IMG/VR virus record: IMGVR_UViG_3300032218_001128
Span: 1 to 27,356 of that record
Length of the DNA stretch: 27,356 bases
Direction: 5' to 3' (one strand)
Source: a virus
Lineage: Duplodnaviria; Caudoviricetes
Both the position numbers and the translations under genes were made by a program. Positions 1 through 9,878 of the stretch are shown one piece after another (position 1 is the stretch's first letter; each line of letters starts with the position of its first letter). The notes below the pieces were generated by a model that searched no databases, had not been told where the DNA came from, and was given only the letters and a program-made list of their open reading frames with translations.

Positions 1-1
1 A

Positions 2-148
2 GCCACAACACCTGAAGCTACAACACCTGAAGCTACAACACCTGAAGCTACAACACCTGAAGCCACAACACCTGAAGCCACAACACCTGAAGCTACAACA
101 CCTGAAGCTACAACACCTGAAGCTACAACACCTGAAGCTACAACACCC
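2..148 (+). repeat. 15-bp coding tandem repeat GCYACAACACCTGAA encoding (ATTPE)n
   Basis: 9 complete units at 2-136 plus a partial unit at 137-148, in frame with the large ORF; probably truncated by the window edge. Confidence 0.97.
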
Positions 149-3100
149 GCTAGAGAATACACCGCTACAGAACAAGCTGCTGTTGATTTAGTTAAAGCAG
201 TTGATGCTGGTGGCGTGCCTACTGATACTCGCAAAATAAATAAAATTGCAAGAGACCTTGGGCTAGAAGTTTCTAAACGGGCTAAACCAGAAGATACATT
301 AAATCGTATCAGAGAAGCTGTTGGTCGCATTAATATCACGCAGACTGAAGCTGTACCTGAAAAACCTTCGACTGCGGTTGAGCAAGGGTTTGCTCCTGTA
401 GTCCAACAAAAAACTGAAGGCGAGACTGCGGAGGCAGAGAAAGAAGCTATTGCAGGTGGTTTCCAGCAAACTAAAGAAGAAGAAATAACTTTAGACGAGG
501 CTCTTAAAGAAGTAGAAGGGCAAAAGCTACCTAAAGTTGCTACCCCCGCACTTAAACCAGCCGAACAAAAAGCTATTGATTATATTGACGCTGTTGATAA
601 GGGTGAAACACCTACGCTTAAACAAGCTGTAGAGGTTGCTGAAGGGCTTGGCGTAAAAATAAAAAGAGAAGAAGGAAAACCGGTAACACTACAAGAAATA
701 AACAATCTTTTACGTAGTTATGTTGATAATCTTAAAGGTGTAGCTACTCAAGATTTTATATATGAATATGATGCAGCAAGAAAAGAACTTGCAGCGCAAG
801 AAGAGCCTATTAATTTACCTGAGTGGACTAATTTAGATTCTGATGAAAAAGATTTTTTAGTAAAACGATTACGAACCAACGCATCTGCAGCGGATTACAC
901 TACTGTACTTAAAGAATTAGCTGATTATAAAGAAGAGCATGGGCGTGGTGCTGGTTATGGGCAAAAAAGAATTACGCCTACAGAGCAAATAATTGTTAAT
1001 GGTTATGATGAGCAACGTAATGAAGCTTACGAAAAATACAATGTTAATTTCCCACATTGGGATAATTTACCACCAGAAGCTAAAAAAGTTTATACAGATA
1101 TAGTTACGTCTAATGCACCTGCGCAACAAGATGCTGCTTTAAAAGCAGTGCAACAAGTACTGCAGACTCAAGGCGTTTCTGTTTTGTCTACTGAACGCGA
1201 ACAACTCAGGCAAAGAGAAGCCGCTGCACAAAAACGCGCACAAGAAGAAGATGAAAAACGTAAAGCCCAAGAAGCTGAAGCTATGGGTAAAGGTGAGCCG
1301 CTAACTAAAAAAATGCGCGACGCCCTTACTAGTGGCGATTACAGAGCTATCAACGCCATTCTGCAAATGCTTGCTGGCGAAGCTCAAGGTACAAAAGTAC
1401 CAAAAACAGATAAGACTACAGAATCTTTTCTCTCATCACTTGCAGATACTTACGGCAATATCACGGCTGGTATTTATCGGTACTTAGCGCGTACGCTATC
1501 TACCATGACGTTTAATTCAGCAGTAATTACAGATGTAAACAACCCAGTAATTCAACGTCTACGTAAAGAAGGCAAACTAGCTGAGTACAGCCCAAAAGAC
1601 GACACGTTTTATTTCACGCCTGAAGGCATGGATGAAGCCACAGTGTTGCATGAGGTTGTACATGCTGGCACGGTTAAGTTAATTTATCAGTATCTTAATG
1701 ATCCTTCTTCGTTATCACAATTGCAACGTGATGCGCTTGACCATCTTCAAAAAATATTTGATTTTACTAAAAATACTAGAGGGCTTGGCAAAAAATATAA
1801 AAACGCATATGAAAACTTGTATGAATTTGTTAGCTATGCTTTAACTGATCCGCGTTTTCAAGGTGAATTAGCAAACATACAATCGCGTAACTTATCCAAA
1901 TATTCGTCAATGTCAGAACTAGGCGCGGCAGTACGCAACGCTTGGTATGAGCTAACACGCGCACTAGCTAACTTATATGGGTTAGTTACTGGCAAAGGTA
2001 AAACACTTCAAGTAAGACCGGAATTAGTGCCAGCGTTTTCAGAGGGGATGAGTCCTACTGCTAAAGAAACGTTTTACGAAAATATTGGAGACCTTGTAGA
2101 TGAGCAAGGTCTTACTCAAACTGAAGTAGGTGAGTTTGTCCCCGGCAAACAAACAGAAGTCACTGAAAAAGAACAGGGGTTCAAAGTATCTAAAAGTGCA
2201 TTGTTATCTAGAGAAAAAGGTTTTGAGGGTAACTTGCTGCTTGAAGTGTCCGAGATTTTTAATCAAATCCTAGCTGTGCCTGAAGCAGGGATTGACGTAT
2301 CGCCTCTTGCCGCTGCCGCTGCTGGTGCAGCAGGTAAAGCACCACAACAAACTAAGAAAGCACCAGCTCCATTGCGTACTGGTGAGATTGGTATTGACAA
2401 AGACGCTGCAAGCGATGCAGAGTACGAGCCTTCAGAAAAGATCAAAGGACGCGAAAGCGGATACTGGCGCAAATTGTTTACAACTGCTAAAGGTTGGCAG
2501 CATATTGCTACACTTTTTCAAAACGATCGTTATCCAATTAAATCATGGCAAGATAATTTAGATAAAGCTAAGGCAATTGTTTATGATTTAAGTGAAAAGT
2601 TTAATAACGTGTATACACACATTGTGTTGTCGTCAGGTCGCGCTAAGGATTTATATGAACGCCACGTAGCAGGCCCCGCGCAAGCATTGGATTCAGCAAT
2701 TAATAGTTTTGCTAAAGCGACAGGACTTGATCTTAATAAAGCTCTTATCAAACTTCATATGATTATGGAGACCTTGCATGAGCCTGAGCGCCGTGACGCT
2801 AAATACATAATGATCGTGCCGCTAGACAATAAAGCTAAGGTTGTTCGTTCAAACGGCAAACTGATTACCGCTGCAGACCGTAGGACTGAGATTCTTGGCG
2901 ATCACGAAAATGGTAAAAAAGGTGAGTTAGATAATCCAAAACTTACCGCTGCTCAAGCACGGCAGTTGCGAGTTGAACTTAACTATCTTACAGATGAAAA
3001 GAATGGGCATGTAAGTGAAACCGGCTATAGTCCTGAAGGAATACTAGCTACAGATGGTAATTACAAAAACACTGACAAGAACAATCGTGTTTATAACGTA

Positions 3101-5530
3101 GTGGGTGTTGACCCAGCTACTATCCAAGCGCGTCTAGATGAAATTAAAAATAGCCCATACCGCGCAGAGATTGAAGCAGTTTCTGCGGCACTTAAAGATT
3201 TGCATGATGCTACTAAGATGCTTGACACTCAGTCAAACTATTGGTCTAAACCTGTAAGTAATCGTGCTGAATTTTATGGGTTTAAAAACTATATACCTTT
3301 AAAAGGTAAGGCTGCAACTAAAGCCGACGAGATGCTTGACTTTACAAGTAAGCGTATGGGTAGTGAAGTTCAAAAACCACAAGGTGCGATGGGTGGTCGT
3401 GAGAGTGTTGCTGATAACCCAATACTTCAGAGTATGTCAGACGCAACGCGCTCTGCTCTTCGTGCTGGTCGTAAGAACATTACGCAAGCAATTATTAATG
3501 CAATTGATCAAGGTTTATTACCCAATTTTACTTACGATAAAAAACCCGTGCCGTTTGAAGAACGCTACAGCATTGACTCCAATGAAAATACAATTTTTCA
3601 TTATGCTGAAAACGGTGAAATAACAGTAATTAAATTTACAGGTGATAACAAAAATAACTCGCTGCTTAACTCTATTCGTCGCACGTACAAAGCGGTCAAT
3701 CCGTTGGTTGAGTTTGCAAACAACGTCACAAGTACCATTGGTCAGTTCCACACACGCTATAACTATGCGTTTGGTCCGATGAACTTCGTGCGAGATATTC
3801 TTACCAATGCTTTCACGATGGGTGCTGAACTTGGCCCGATGAAATCGTTGGCTTTTATTGGTGACATTTCTGCACAAGTAGCTAATGGTGGGTTAGGTAA
3901 AGCAATGCAAGTTGCCGCGCTGTATGCTCGCCGTGATCATAAAAGTATTGCTAACCTTGCCAAAAATGATCCATTTGTAAAAAACATGGTGGACTACATT
4001 ACAGAAGGTGGTCTGGTCACATACATTGAAGGTATTGCATTAAAGTCAAATTTCCAAGCCCTACATAAAGAGATCGGGCGTAGTGGTATTCTGAAAACAA
4101 AAGATCAAATTGACAAGTTCGTTGACATCTGGACAAACATGTTTGAACTTGCAAGCCGTGCATCCGCCTACGGCGTCGCCAAAAGTAGTTTTATGGCAGA
4201 CAATATGGATGAAAAGACTGCAAGCACCAAGGCAGCAGCATACGCTAAAGACCTCGCTAACTTTGAACAAGTTGGGCAATTAGGCAAGACAATGGGCGCG
4301 TTCTATATGTTCTTTAGACCCGCTGCAACAGGCGCTGTTCGTGCAATTGAGGCATTAGCACCAGCTTTACGCTCAGTAGAATCTGCTATGCAAGGACTTC
4401 CTCAGTCTATACAAATTGGTGCAACGCCAGAAGCTAGAGTACAAAGAGATGCGTTTATTAAGAATTATAAAGAACAACAAAAGAATGCACGGATTATGGC
4501 TGGCTCGTTGTTTGGGTTAGGCATGATGGCGTACTTTATGTCTGCAGCCATGTCGCCTGATGATGAACTTGGGCGTAACAAAACTAAAACTGACAACATG
4601 CAACAGTGGTCGCGCTATGCGCGGTTCCATCTACCTGACGGATTAGGGTTGGGTAAAGACGTTGTGTTCCAAATTCCTTGGGGCTTCGGGCTTGGCGCGT
4701 TTGCTGCTTCAGGGGCGCAGATAGCGGCTATTTTAAATGGTAAGAGTACTATGGCTGACGCAGCAGCTAACATTGCGCTGCAGATTTCATTAGACTCATT
4801 CATCCCGATCCCTGTATCAAAGATGAACCCAACAGAAGACCCACTTAACTTCGCGTTAGACTCAATTGCACCAAGCACTGTGCGTCCTATCTTAGAGTTT
4901 GCGTTAAATAAGAATGGTCTTGGTCAAAGTATTTATAACGACTCTAACCGGCGCATTGGTGATGCTTATGTGGGTGGTGACAATGTTCCTCAAATTTATA
5001 AAGACTTGTCACGTATGCTTGCACAAACTACTAACGGTGCAATTGATTGGAGTCCAAACAGTCTTTACTTCTTAGCTAATAGTTATGCTGATGGTGTGTC
5101 GCGCCTTGCGGAAACCGGGTATGGTTTAACTGATCTTGCCGCTGGCAGAAAAGAATTTAATGCTAAGACTGATCTGCCATTGGCTAACTCTTTCTTTGGT
5201 ACTCGCTCGAACGTAGACTCAAGAGAGTTCACATCTGTTGAAAAACAAATCTTAGCCAAAGAACAAAAAATAAATATGTTTAAGGGTGACCCACAGGCGA
5301 TGATGAAGTACCAGATGGAGTTTCCGTTTGATGAGGCGATAGTTAAACAATTCAATACTATGGTCAATGGTGAACTCAAACGTCTGCGTACTGAAGCTAA
5401 GAACTATCGTTTGATGGAAGGTTTATCGCCTAAAGAACGTGAATCAATTGTTAAGATGATCACTCTCCAACAAAACTTAATCAAGCACAACATCATCGAG
5501 ACGTTTAAAGCCTACGACATTAAACCCTAA
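2..5530 (+). CDS. Giant polyvalent phage protein (5'-partial), probable virion internal/ejection protein with zincin-like HExxH peptidase and LPD38-like C-terminal region
   Basis: Frame is open from base 2, so GTG 215 is not the true start; LHEVVHA (HEVVH at 1649-1663) followed by NLYEFVSYAL; C-terminal QIPWGFGLG...DSFIP pattern resembles LPD38. Confidence 0.75.
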   Translation, partial: ATTPEATTPEATTPEATTPEATTPEATTPEATTPEATTPEATTPEATTPAREYTATEQAAVDLVKAVDAGGVPTDTRKINKIARDLGLEVSKRAKPEDTLNRIREAVGRINITQTEAVPEKPSTAVEQGFAPVVQQKTEGETAEAEKEAIAGGFQQTKEEEITLDEALKEVEGQKLPKVATPALKPAEQKAIDYIDAVDKGETPTLKQAVEVAEGLGVKIKREEGKPVTLQEINNLLRSYVDNLKGVATQDFIYEYDAARKELAAQEEPINLPEWTNLDSDEKDFLVKRLRTNASAADYTTVLKELADYKEEHGRGAGYGQKRITPTEQIIVNGYDEQRNEAYEKYNVNFPHWDNLPPEAKKVYTDIVTSNAPAQQDAALKAVQQVLQTQGVSVLSTEREQLRQREAAAQKRAQEEDEKRKAQEAEAMGKGEPLTKKMRDALTSGDYRAINAILQMLAGEAQGTKVPKTDKTTESFLSSLADTYGNITAGIYRYLARTLSTMTFNSAVITDVNNPVIQRLRKEGKLAEYSPKDDTFYFTPEGMDEATVLHEVVHAGTVKLIYQYLNDPSSLSQLQRDALDHLQKIFDFTKNTRGLGKKYKNAYENLYEFVSYALTDPRFQGELANIQSRNLSKYSSMSELGAAVRNAWYELTRALANLYGLVTGKGKTLQVRPELVPAFSEGMSPTAKETFYENIGDLVDEQGLTQTEVGEFVPGKQTEVTEKEQGFKVSKSALLSREKGFEGNLLLEVSEIFNQILAVPEAGIDVSPLAAAAAGAAGKAPQQTKKAPAPLRTGEIGIDKDAASDAEYEPSEKIKGRESGYWRKLFTTAKGWQHIATLFQNDRYPIKSWQDNLDKAKAIVYDLSEKFNNVYTHIVLSSGRAKDLYERHVAGPAQALDSAINSFAKATGLDLNKALIKLHMIMETLHEPERRDAKYIMIVPLDNKAKVVRSNGKLITAADRRTEILGDHENGKKGELDNPKLTAAQARQLRVELNYLTDEKNGHVSETGYSPEGILATDGNYKNTDKNNRVYNVVGVDPATIQARLDEIKNSPYRAEIEAVSAALKDLHDATKMLDTQSNYWSKPVSNRAEFYGFKNYIPLKGKAATKADEMLDFTSKRMGSEVQKPQGAMGGRESVADNPILQSMSDATRSALRAGRKNITQAIINAIDQGLLPNFTYDKKPVPFEERYSIDSNENTIFHYAENGEITVIKFTGDNKNNSLLNSIRRTYKAVNPLVEFANNVTSTIGQFHTRYNYAFGPMNFVRDILTNAFTMGAELGPMKSLAFIGDISAQVANGGLGKAMQVAALYARRDHKSIANLAKNDPFVKNMVDYITEGGLVTYIEGIALKSNFQALHKEIGRSGILKTKDQIDKFVDIWTNMFELASRASAYGVAKSSFMADNMDEKTASTKAAAYAKDLANFEQVGQLGKTMGAFYMFFRPAATGAVRAIEALAPALRSVESAMQGLPQSIQIGATPEARVQRDAFIKNYKEQQKNARIMAGSLFGLGMMAYFMSAAMSPDDELGRNKTKTDNMQQWSRYARFHLPDGLGLGKDVVFQIPWGFGLGAFAASGAQIAAILNGKSTMADAAANIALQISLDSFIPIPVSKMNPTEDPLNFALDSIAPSTVRPILEFALNKNGLGQSIYNDSNRRIGDAYVGGDNVPQIYKDLSRMLAQTTNGAIDWSPNSLYFLANSYADGVSRLAETGYGLTDLAAGRKEFNAKTDLPLANSFFGTRSNVDSREFTSVEKQILAKEQKINMFKGDPQAMMKYQMEFPFDEAIVKQFNTMVNGELKRLRTEAKNYRLMEGLSPKERESIVKMITLQQNLIKHNIIETFKAYDIKP

Positions 5531-5733
5531 GATACGCGCCAAGACCTGACACCAAAGTAATTGTCTTTACTTGCAACAAAAGACTTAACTTTAATGCCAG
5601 CGTTCTTTGCGCCAGTATCTATAGCGTAGATCAACTCAGCAGGGCGTAGAGTAGGGATAAAAAAACTATCCCCTACGCGCATTTGTTCAAAAGGAAACAA
5701 CCAGTCAGGTTCAAGTATTTGGTTGGGTGTCAT
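5527..5733 (-). CDS. Small conserved phage protein (FPFxxMxVGDSFFIP ... GVRxWR type)
   Basis: 68-aa ORF overlapping the primase 3' end; motif recurrent in phage small proteins; its stop overlaps the stop of the convergent giant gene. Confidence 0.75.
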   Translation of the reverse strand: MTPNQILEPDWLFPFEQMRVGDSFFIPTLRPAELIYAIDTGAKNAGIKVKSFVASKDNYFGVRSWRVS

Positions 5734-8596
5734 TGTGCGGTAAGAAGAAATCTTCTAGTGATTCAGGGTTAAAGTGATAACACCACACGTTACCGCCACC
5801 AGCATTGCCTTTCCATCCTTTAGCTAAACGACTCCTGTAACTACCAATCAACCGAGGTTTACTCTTGTCGCCATCTATGTAAGTATCTTTCATCTCACGT
5901 TCAAAGTTCGCAGAACTTACTTGCAGCTCAGCGAGGTGCTTCTTAAAGTGCGTGACTGATATTTGCAGTACGTTCTCTTCGGTAGCAAATCGTGCGACTA
6001 GTTCGTTGCGTGGTTGATTCCTTACTAAGTCGCCATCCAACACAAGAATGTTTTGAATGTTCTTGTTGATATACTCATTAAGTATTGATGGGTAGTCAAC
6101 TGCATTCTTGGGCGCTACGTTGTCACGAATGTCGATCATCTCATGTAATACTTTGTTATACACCCGATCAATATCAACAAAGAATATATCAGCGGCAATG
6201 CAAATCTCTGCTGCTGCAAACGTAGCACTGATCAAGTTTCTAAAGAATCGGTTTGATGATGTGTCGCCAAAGTCAGCAGCAAAACGTGTACCCCACTTAT
6301 CTATAATTTCAGCTATCTTTGTGTTTCCTAGGCGATACAACTCTTTAATAAACATTGGCCCAGCGTGACCATAATTAAAATTCAACGGGTGAAATATCTG
6401 TGTGCCTAGCGCGTTACCTACCGGACCTTGCAACTGTGGTGGTACTTTAATCTCAAACTCTATTAGGCGAGCTGCCTCACCGACTGGGCTGTTCTTCCAT
6501 GCAACAAGTTTTGTATAGATTGAGTGGTTGGTAGTTAGCATTTGAATAAGTGAAGCAAACAACTCATACTCACGCTCTGCGTTTACAGTCCCTTGCATTC
6601 TGATCTTGGCTTTGCCATGCGACACACGATGAATCTGTGCAGCAATCATCTCAATCTTCTTGTCACCAATCTCGTCAATCCCAAACATCAGGTTATGCAA
6701 CCCAAGGTATCTACCGATCAAGCCGTTGTCGGTTGAGTCAAATACACTCAAGTCCTTTGGATTACCGAACGCGCTAAGCCCTGCATACATAGCACCTGTC
6801 TTTGCTGAGCCTGATAAACCATGAAAGCAAACTGTAACCCCTGCAGTGGAAGTGAACTCCATTAGAACAGAGCCAAAGCCACAGAACATACCGAATGCGT
6901 GCAGTTCAAGATTCGGTTGGTTTAAATGATCAACGCACCAACGCCACTTCTTGTATGTCCCTGCGGGTACTAAATGTTTTGCAAGACCGCGCACCATAGG
7001 TGATGCTGCAGATTCAACTTCAACACCATTTTCATTTATTTCTTTGTTACCTATTACAAATTCTAATTTCTGGTTTGCATCTTCGGGGTCGATCTTCTTT
7101 GTCCAACCCATTTGTGTGCGGATTTGATCCGCTTTGTATACGTTAATCATGTATTGATTCCATTTAGTAATGTAGCTATAGAGTAACGTCGACTGCTTAG
7201 GTTCACATGGTGAGCCTTGAGCCACAATCATCTTTCGTGTATCTTCTGCAGATTGAGCAACTGGCAAGAGAAATTCTCGCGCAGGGTCGTGCGGTAGTTC
7301 TAGGCGCATCAACAAACATTCGCCATCGGTTGGGCTATACAACCGACGTACAGGCCATAGGTCATGCGTAAGAAATAAAATAGGATCGGGTTGTGACTTC
7401 TTCTTTGTCTCCTTATCGTATTCAGGTTTAGCTACGTAATAGATACCACCATTAATGCCACGCACAAAAGGGGCTAAGAATCCCGGAAGTTCCTGAAGCT
7501 TTTTGGTATCCGATTTCTCCCAAACTGTGTTCTCCTGATGCGCGGCTGGGGCAGGTATAAACTCTCTTCCAAGCTCAATGGGTCCTGTAATTCTTCCTCT
7601 ATGCTGACATCCTTCGCAGAGACTTGGCTCGTCTCTCTCAAACCCCGCGCATGTTCGGATAGATTCAAAAGAATTGGCTTTTGCGATTGTTTTTTCTGGT
7701 GTGTAGTCACGGTGTCCCTCGGATATTAATTGAATGGCTTCTTCACCATCTTCACAGCGTATAGCAACTGCTAATGCTCCAGTCCATGATGAGTACGGTG
7801 GGTTCTGTGGGTTGTTTGCTACCTCTGCAATCTGTCTGCAACCTTCGCCTTCAAGACTCTTAATAACAATAGTTCTGAAGTTGTACTTGAAGTTGTCCAA
7901 CTTCTTGAAAGCCTTAGTGTCTTCGTCTAAGCCTTTTGGTATTGCTGCAAGAACATCTTTAACAGGTGCAACTTCTTCACTACTACCAAGAAACTCTTTG
8001 AAGAACGAGAACGGATACGTACGTAATTCCGTACTGATCAACCCTGTGGGTGATGGCGGGTCTGTCTTATAGTTGAGCGAATCCGCATAGCGCATGATCC
8101 GTGCCATATCTGCCATCACCGCAGGGTCACAGAACACCTTGGGTGTGCAATACTCTTTAAATAACTGAGCAACAGGCAAGTATTCTTCTGCTGGCACATC
8201 ATCATCTAGCAACCAATACGCATGAACACCTCGCCCCGAACTAACGCGCACAGGCTCGGGTAACCCGCTTTCATCAATAAATTTATTAAGTGCAATGAGC
8301 GCAGCTTCGGCATCGACGTAGCCTTTGTTTTCTGCTGCCTTGTCTGCACCTACATCTAAGTCAATGAACAGCGACCTACAGAACAGAGCATCTTTAGCCT
8401 TGCGACTAAACTCATCGAAGGTACTTACTGCTATAAATATATTTTGTTTTCTTTTCTTGAAATCCTCAACTAATTCAAATATGCCGTCAAATGTGTCTGT
8501 AAATCTATTCCTTGTTGCCCCTGATGCCGGATCAATACCGGTAACACAGTAGACGCCCTGTGTTGGCAACGCCTTCTCATAAAATTGTTTTATCAT
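5711..8596 (-). CDS. DNA primase-helicase: N-terminal AEP/RepB-like primase, Cys-rich motif, DUF927-type P-loop helicase
   Basis: FIDLD, SSGRGVHAYW and ARIMR primase motifs; CEGCQH; Walker A-like GLSGSAKT (6797-6820) and Walker B FGIDE. ATG 8596 preferred because GTG 8632 lies within a terminator hairpin. Confidence 0.85.
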   Translation of the reverse strand: MIKQFYEKALPTQGVYCVTGIDPASGATRNRFTDTFDGIFELVEDFKKRKQNIFIAVSTFDEFSRKAKDALFCRSLFIDLDVGADKAAENKGYVDAEAALIALNKFIDESGLPEPVRVSSGRGVHAYWLLDDDVPAEEYLPVAQLFKEYCTPKVFCDPAVMADMARIMRYADSLNYKTDPPSPTGLISTELRTYPFSFFKEFLGSSEEVAPVKDVLAAIPKGLDEDTKAFKKLDNFKYNFRTIVIKSLEGEGCRQIAEVANNPQNPPYSSWTGALAVAIRCEDGEEAIQLISEGHRDYTPEKTIAKANSFESIRTCAGFERDEPSLCEGCQHRGRITGPIELGREFIPAPAAHQENTVWEKSDTKKLQELPGFLAPFVRGINGGIYYVAKPEYDKETKKKSQPDPILFLTHDLWPVRRLYSPTDGECLLMRLELPHDPAREFLLPVAQSAEDTRKMIVAQGSPCEPKQSTLLYSYITKWNQYMINVYKADQIRTQMGWTKKIDPEDANQKLEFVIGNKEINENGVEVESAASPMVRGLAKHLVPAGTYKKWRWCVDHLNQPNLELHAFGMFCGFGSVLMEFTSTAGVTVCFHGLSGSAKTGAMYAGLSAFGNPKDLSVFDSTDNGLIGRYLGLHNLMFGIDEIGDKKIEMIAAQIHRVSHGKAKIRMQGTVNAEREYELFASLIQMLTTNHSIYTKLVAWKNSPVGEAARLIEFEIKVPPQLQGPVGNALGTQIFHPLNFNYGHAGPMFIKELYRLGNTKIAEIIDKWGTRFAADFGDTSSNRFFRNLISATFAAAEICIAADIFFVDIDRVYNKVLHEMIDIRDNVAPKNAVDYPSILNEYINKNIQNILVLDGDLVRNQPRNELVARFATEENVLQISVTHFKKHLAELQVSSANFEREMKDTYIDGDKSKPRLIGSYRSRLAKGWKGNAGGGNVWCYHFNPESLEDFFLPHNDTQPNT

Positions 8597-8612
8597 TTCT
8601 TGAGTAGAGTCT

Positions 8613-8637
8613 AAAAAAGCGTGATCGCTCACGCTTT
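8613..8637 (-). terminator. Intrinsic terminator-like hairpin directly upstream of the primase
   Basis: Minus strand AAAGCGTGA-GCGA-TCACGCTTTTTT: perfect stem, GNRA loop, U6 tail. Confidence 0.7.
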
Positions 8638-8648
8638 GGTGTTTGGGT

Positions 8649-8669
8649 TAGGGGGCATGACACCCCCTA
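8649..8669. other. Second intergenic hairpin
   Basis: TAGGGGG-CATGACA-CCCCCTA, a 7-bp perfect stem just after the HTH gene stop. Confidence 0.55.
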
Positions 8670-8672
8670 TCT

Positions 8673-8987
8673 TTACTGCAATTTCTTACCGATCATTTCT
8701 TCGATATATTCCCTTGCGGCATTGGTATTCTTTGCGGGTAAGACACCATCCTTCATGTCTTTTTCTACAAGATCAATAAACACCTCGACAATATGCTCGT
8801 TCTTTTCACGGATAGGTCTGCCACGGAACCAACTGTACAATGACATGCGAGAAACATTTAACGCAACCGCTACATACTTGGCTGGTAAATTCGCTTTGAC
8901 ACAAGACTTAGCGAGCAAAACCCCGATACGCCTAGGGTTACCTTGGTGCATTGCAATCAAAAACTTTTCACTGTATGTCCGTGGCAT
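8673..8987 (-). CDS. Cro/XRE-like helix-turn-helix DNA-binding protein
   Basis: AKYVAVALNVSRMSLYSWFRG fits the HTH_XRE pattern; AGGAG RBS upstream. Confidence 0.75.
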   Translation of the reverse strand: MPRTYSEKFLIAMHQGNPRRIGVLLAKSCVKANLPAKYVAVALNVSRMSLYSWFRGRPIREKNEHIVEVFIDLVEKDMKDGVLPAKNTNAAREYIEEMIGKKLQ

Positions 8988-8996
8988 TCCTGCTCC

Positions 8997-9854
8997 TTAT
9001 TTCTTAGACCATTTCTTCATAACGTCAACAACGTTCTTCTCGGCGTCACCGCTTGCGGCTGGCTTTGATTCACGCTTGACAGGCTCTTCTTCTTTCACAA
9101 CAGTTTCAAACCCACCATCGTCGTTGCCGCTAGTGTCAGCTTGGAAGACGCTCATTTTAATAGCAGCTTCAGCAGCGGGACTCTTAGCTTGGCGAGCAAC
9201 AATAGCTAACACATCATCAGGTGTTGCGCTGTCAGGTGAAAACATAACCTTCGGCACAGGTGACTTAGTGTCAAACGCCATACGGGTTATAACGCGCCCT
9301 GCACTGACGTTGTTAGCTGCCAAATGCTGAATGTATGGGCGGAAAGGCCAACGACCATTATCTTCTTTACCGAAAGACGAGGTAGGTGGTAGGACCAACT
9401 GCAACACATCGCCTGCGGGATCATTAGGCAATACTACAGCAGTGCGCCATGACAGCTTGCACTTGGTGCTAACACCGTTATCGCCTGAACCTTTGACGCT
9501 ATGCTGGCACTCATTACAAGACTTAGCTTGAGGGTTCTTAACCTCTGCGTCAGGCGCGTCTGAATCACTCGACCAACAAACAGGGCTTACCTTCTCGCCT
9601 TCTTTGTAGCCTTGCATATACAACTGACGCGATGCTTTATGTGCCATCTTGACGAAGATCACGTTCATATGACGGTCTTCAATTGCTCCGACTTCTTTGC
9701 CGCCTGCATACTTGCGGAACACACCGCCCTTAATAGAGATGCGCTTCGCACCACCACGCCCCGAACCGCCTGCAACAGCAAGCGTGTCTTCGTCGAGACC
9801 GTCTACGGTGAGTGATGTGTTTTGGGACAGCAGGGTGATTAGATCGTTACTCAT
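8997..9854 (-). CDS. Conserved phage replication-module protein with four Cys (putative ssDNA-binding/recombination protein)
   Basis: RISIKGGVF, CWSSD...CNEC...KC, acidic low-complexity tail; sits between helicase and primase genes. Confidence 0.6.
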   Translation of the reverse strand: MSNDLITLLSQNTSLTVDGLDEDTLAVAGGSGRGGAKRISIKGGVFRKYAGGKEVGAIEDRHMNVIFVKMAHKASRQLYMQGYKEGEKVSPVCWSSDSDAPDAEVKNPQAKSCNECQHSVKGSGDNGVSTKCKLSWRTAVVLPNDPAGDVLQLVLPPTSSFGKEDNGRWPFRPYIQHLAANNVSAGRVITRMAFDTKSPVPKVMFSPDSATPDDVLAIVARQAKSPAAEAAIKMSVFQADTSGNDDGGFETVVKEEEPVKRESKPAASGDAEKNVVDVMKKWSKK

Positions 9855-9878
9855 TTTATTTCCTTTAACTTGATTAGA

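Noticed and set aside
215-217. GTG start for the giant ORF
   Set aside because: The frame is open back to base 2 through the ATTPE repeats, so the true start lies outside the window
8722-9330. 202-aa + strand ORF and other antisense ORFs such as 21552..21998 and 11937..12311
   Set aside because: Shadows of well-supported - strand genes, with no recognisable motifs
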